64,000 bases of DNA from Tricharina praecox (lineage: Eukaryota), in contig NW_026250406.1 in the NCBI RefSeq assembly GCF_024521635.1, positions 1,426,001 through 1,490,000 of the forward strand, in the 5' to 3' direction. The position numbers and the translations under genes were made by a program. Below are positions 60,991 through 64,000 of the stretch, one piece after another. The notes beneath the pieces were generated by a model that saw only the letters and a program-made list of their open reading frames with translations, did no database searches and was not told the origin of the DNA. Position 1 is the first letter of the stretch; each line of letters opens with the position of its first letter.

Positions 60991-62149
60991 GTTCCCCTAA
61001 TACATCACGCTTCGTGAGCCGGGGTGATGTTACACCCAGCGAGCTGGCAATATACCTCAGGCATATGGGAATAAATTAGTACCGCTGTCGGTCATCGTCA
61101 ACCATTACTATGGGCAGTCATTGGAAGAACTCGGCCAGAATCCGAGGTTTTGGGACGAGCAATATCTCGTGATCGAGATTCAAACCTCACAGAGATAGCC
61201 GCTGGAACCTCGTGGAGGGTGGCTATGGACTCATTGGTGAGTTCGGGAGTGCGCGCAATCACCTAGGAAAATCTGTTGAGAATCTCACTAAGACTTGCAG
61301 GTTGTCGAAGGTTATCCTCCGTGGCCGCCATCGTAAAAGCATACTAGTTGCCGGTTCCGATACAAATAAAGTTTTATTTGGGGGTCAAAATAATCCTCCA
61401 ACGGTCGTCCCGGACAGGCGAGGCGAAACGTACCCGGTGGATATATGGGCGGAAGCCTGTCATCTGTCAGCACTTTGGAGAAGTTTGGATTAAAACTCGT
61501 CGAGTTGCATATACATACTTCTGCGATTGCTGCGGCACTTGAGGCACGTCATAAACAATAAGAAGACGCATGCTATCTGCGAGATAGTAGTCACCGGAAG
61601 GAAACCGAAGTAATCGAGCCAATAGGCTGCGGCTCAGTCGTTTGTAGTCGCCGACCAACTCAAGGGTGCATACGAGTTCGGCTTGGAAACACCAAAATCG
61701 AAGGTAGACAAGGGTTCGGTACCCGAAAACCCAGTGCCTAGAGCCATCACCCACATCTCGTGCGAGATACTCTTGTGTATTACTTAGGTAATACTCTCCC
61801 GAGCGCTCATAGTTAGACATCAGGCGTGGTGAGTCGTGTCGGTATAAAGACCGACGACTTTCCGCCGCAGAGAAGGCATCGACTACCATCACAGGGAGTT
61901 AAGCCATCACAATCAGACTTTGTTACTCTTGGATTTACTCTCTCTCCCTATTCGTGATTAGCCGATCATCAACCCTTCTCAGTTGTTTCCAAGAACAAGC
62001 CGCCGTGCAAATCAGTTGGGCCTCCACGTTCACTTCACCGCCATTGTACAGGTGCTGTTCTCTTCTGATCAGTAGACTGTCCTTGCCCGCTGCTGTGAGC
62101 GTGCCAACTGTGAACCACCCCGGTGTTACAGAAGCCGAGTGAAGGGGCC

Positions 62150-62744
62150 GGCCGAGGGCAGCGCAGGGGAAGAGCCCAGGAAGCCAGTCAGGTCCTGGAC
62201 GAGTCCATGGAGCACGGCGAGGCCAGAGAGGAGACCGGGCATCTAGTCGAGGCTGGGGAAGAATTTTGAGAGCAAGGGCGATGCTGGGGAAGAGCTGAGG
62301 GAACTGGCCAGTCAAGAGCGAGGACGTGGCAAAATGGTGGGAATATTTTGAGGTCGCGGAAGAAATGAGGGAGCTAGGGCAAGGTTGGAGCAGTGTTGGG
62401 GATGAGTTAGAGGTCACGGCAGAGCAAAGGAAGCCAGAGCAAGGCTGGGGCAAGTTCCGGGAACGGCTAGTCGACGGTGAGGCAGGGCGAGGCCGGCGAA
62501 CGGTCTAGGGAACCAGGCCAACCTGGGGAATTACATCTAGTCAAAGACGAGTCTGAGGAAGAGCAGAGGGAACGGACCAGTCAAGGGCGATACTGAGGAA
62601 TAGTTTGCGTAACGGGCCAGTCAAAGAACCACGTGATATCAGTCAATAAAACTATATGGCAAACCCCACCTAACGTCGTGTTCACGGAACATCATTCATG
62701 TTAGGGTGGAACGGCCTTCCACCGTTCCCTATGCACCCACCACA
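62150..62744 (-). repeat. Dispersed TGTGGTGGGTGCAT-start repeat family, copy 3, abutting the Copia RT
   Basis: The reverse complement of 62630-62744 matches 15022-15138; the Copia frame ends exactly at this boundary. Confidence 0.75.
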
Positions 62745-64000
62745 TAAGTTTGGCAGTTGCGGTACCCTTGAGATAGTGTAGGATTATCTTGACTCCGGTC
62801 AGCTGTGTAGCATAGGGTGTCTGGTTGTAGCGACCAAGGGCGGACACAGCAAATGCGTTATCCGGCCGGGTGCCGAGGGCTGCATATTACACATTGCCGA
62901 TAATGCGACGGTATATGATTAAGTCTGCCTCGGAGTCGGCGTCAGAAATGCAGTCGAGCTTGGTTTTGTCGTGAAGAGGAGTCGGGGCCATATTAGCATC
63001 TTCCATACCGAAGCACCTTAGAATCATGGCGATGTATGCACTTTGACCGACGGTGATGGATCCATCCGTTTTCCGATCGATTTCAATGCCGAGGAACTGC
63101 TTCTCTAGGCCCACGTTTGACATCTTTTACTGCCGCATGAGGTGGTTCTTGACGTCCATAGCCCTATCGGAGGCCGAGTCCCCATGGAAAACAATGATAT
63201 CGTCGATGTACAGTAGTATCATTACTGCATCGTCCCGGATGTAGAGGTTGATGTCGGCCTTGGACTGTATGAAGCCGAGCGACAGAAGGTAGTCATTGAT
63301 CTTATTGTATCACTGTTTGGGTGCCTGCTTTAAACCATTTAGGGGCTTATTCAGGCGCAGGAAACCGTTTCTGGGTGTCTCGTGAAGCCACTCGATACCA
63401 TCCGGGAGTTGCATGTAGACTTCAGCATCGATTGCAGGGTTGAGAAATGCGGTAACAACGTCAAGGTGATAGATCTTCCAACCGTTCTAGTCAGCAAAGC
63501 TTAGCAGATATTTCAGGGTAATCAGCTTACCAACTGGAGCAAAGGTCTCATCATAGTTGTGTCCCTAGACTTGCTTGTAGCCCTTGATCACAAGTCTGGT
63601 CTTGTACGGGGGTAGAACCATCTGGGTTCCTCTTAGTTTTATAGACCCCTTTGTAGCCAATAGGCTTGCTCCCAGTCTGCTCCATAGGCGTGAAGACCAA
63701 GTCCGTAGATGGCCCCATCTACGGACTCGGTTGAGAACGGACCGCATAAGTCGGAGTGAACCAGTTCGAATGGAGTCGTTCTGCGTTGCATCGGAATACG
63801 GACGATTTTCTGCTCGTGCTTGGCAAGCACGCATACCTCACAGATATCTGTACCGTGTGTATAGCCGTCGATTAAAGTCTTCATTGCGGCTGCGTGTAAG
63901 TGGCTGAGCCGCTTGTGCCAGAGGCTGGATTCCATGGTTGACAGACGTGGAGTTTGTCTCGATGCGTGTACGGGAACTGACTCTGAAGGGGTGGTGCCGA
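62745..64000 (-). mobile_element. Ty1/Copia remnant: GAG-pre-integrase and integrase start, an internal deletion, then reverse transcriptase (continues off the window)
   Basis: LWHKRLSHL...CEVCVLAK...FELVHSDLCGP, then YKTRLVIKGYKQ, ETFAPV, HLDVVTAFLN, GLKQAPK, LLYIDDII, FLGIEI, TRPDNAFAVS; several stop codons. Confidence 0.95.

Noticed and set aside
1..64000. Starship captain (DUF3435 tyrosine recombinase), Helitron RepHel or DDE transposase gene
   Set aside because: No recognisable motifs in any ORF; a carrier element, if there is one, lies outside the window or has decayed beyond recognition.

Overview
Eukaryotic, intron-rich fungal DNA (filamentous ascomycete; Pezizomycetes-like by intron style and Copia type, which is an inference). 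Only three genes look intact: an intronless DUF726/TMCO4/Mil1-type alpha/beta-hydrolase (3562-5715), a 2-exon proline-rich hypothetical protein (46397-47897, minus) and a probable 3-exon 69-aa microprotein (56591-56919). The rest is a decayed accessory patchwork: two Ty1/Copia remnants, a TGTCA...TGACA LTR family (one solo copy with a 5-bp TSD), two hAT-type non-autonomous elements with 8-bp TSDs, a TA-flanked MITE, a roughly 3-kb-period array of about 5 gene-like units each carrying a G-rich octamer tract, and several genes with repeated exon+intron units. The most striking part is 41-52 kb, where intron-retaining pieces of an HLTF/Rad5-like SNF2 ATPase gene and an Hst2-like sirtuin gene are duplicated, reordered and missing or damaged in their nucleotide-binding segments. 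A DUF6532-like pseudogene lies at about 59.6-61 kb. All alignments were made by eye; boundaries of degenerate features are approximate.
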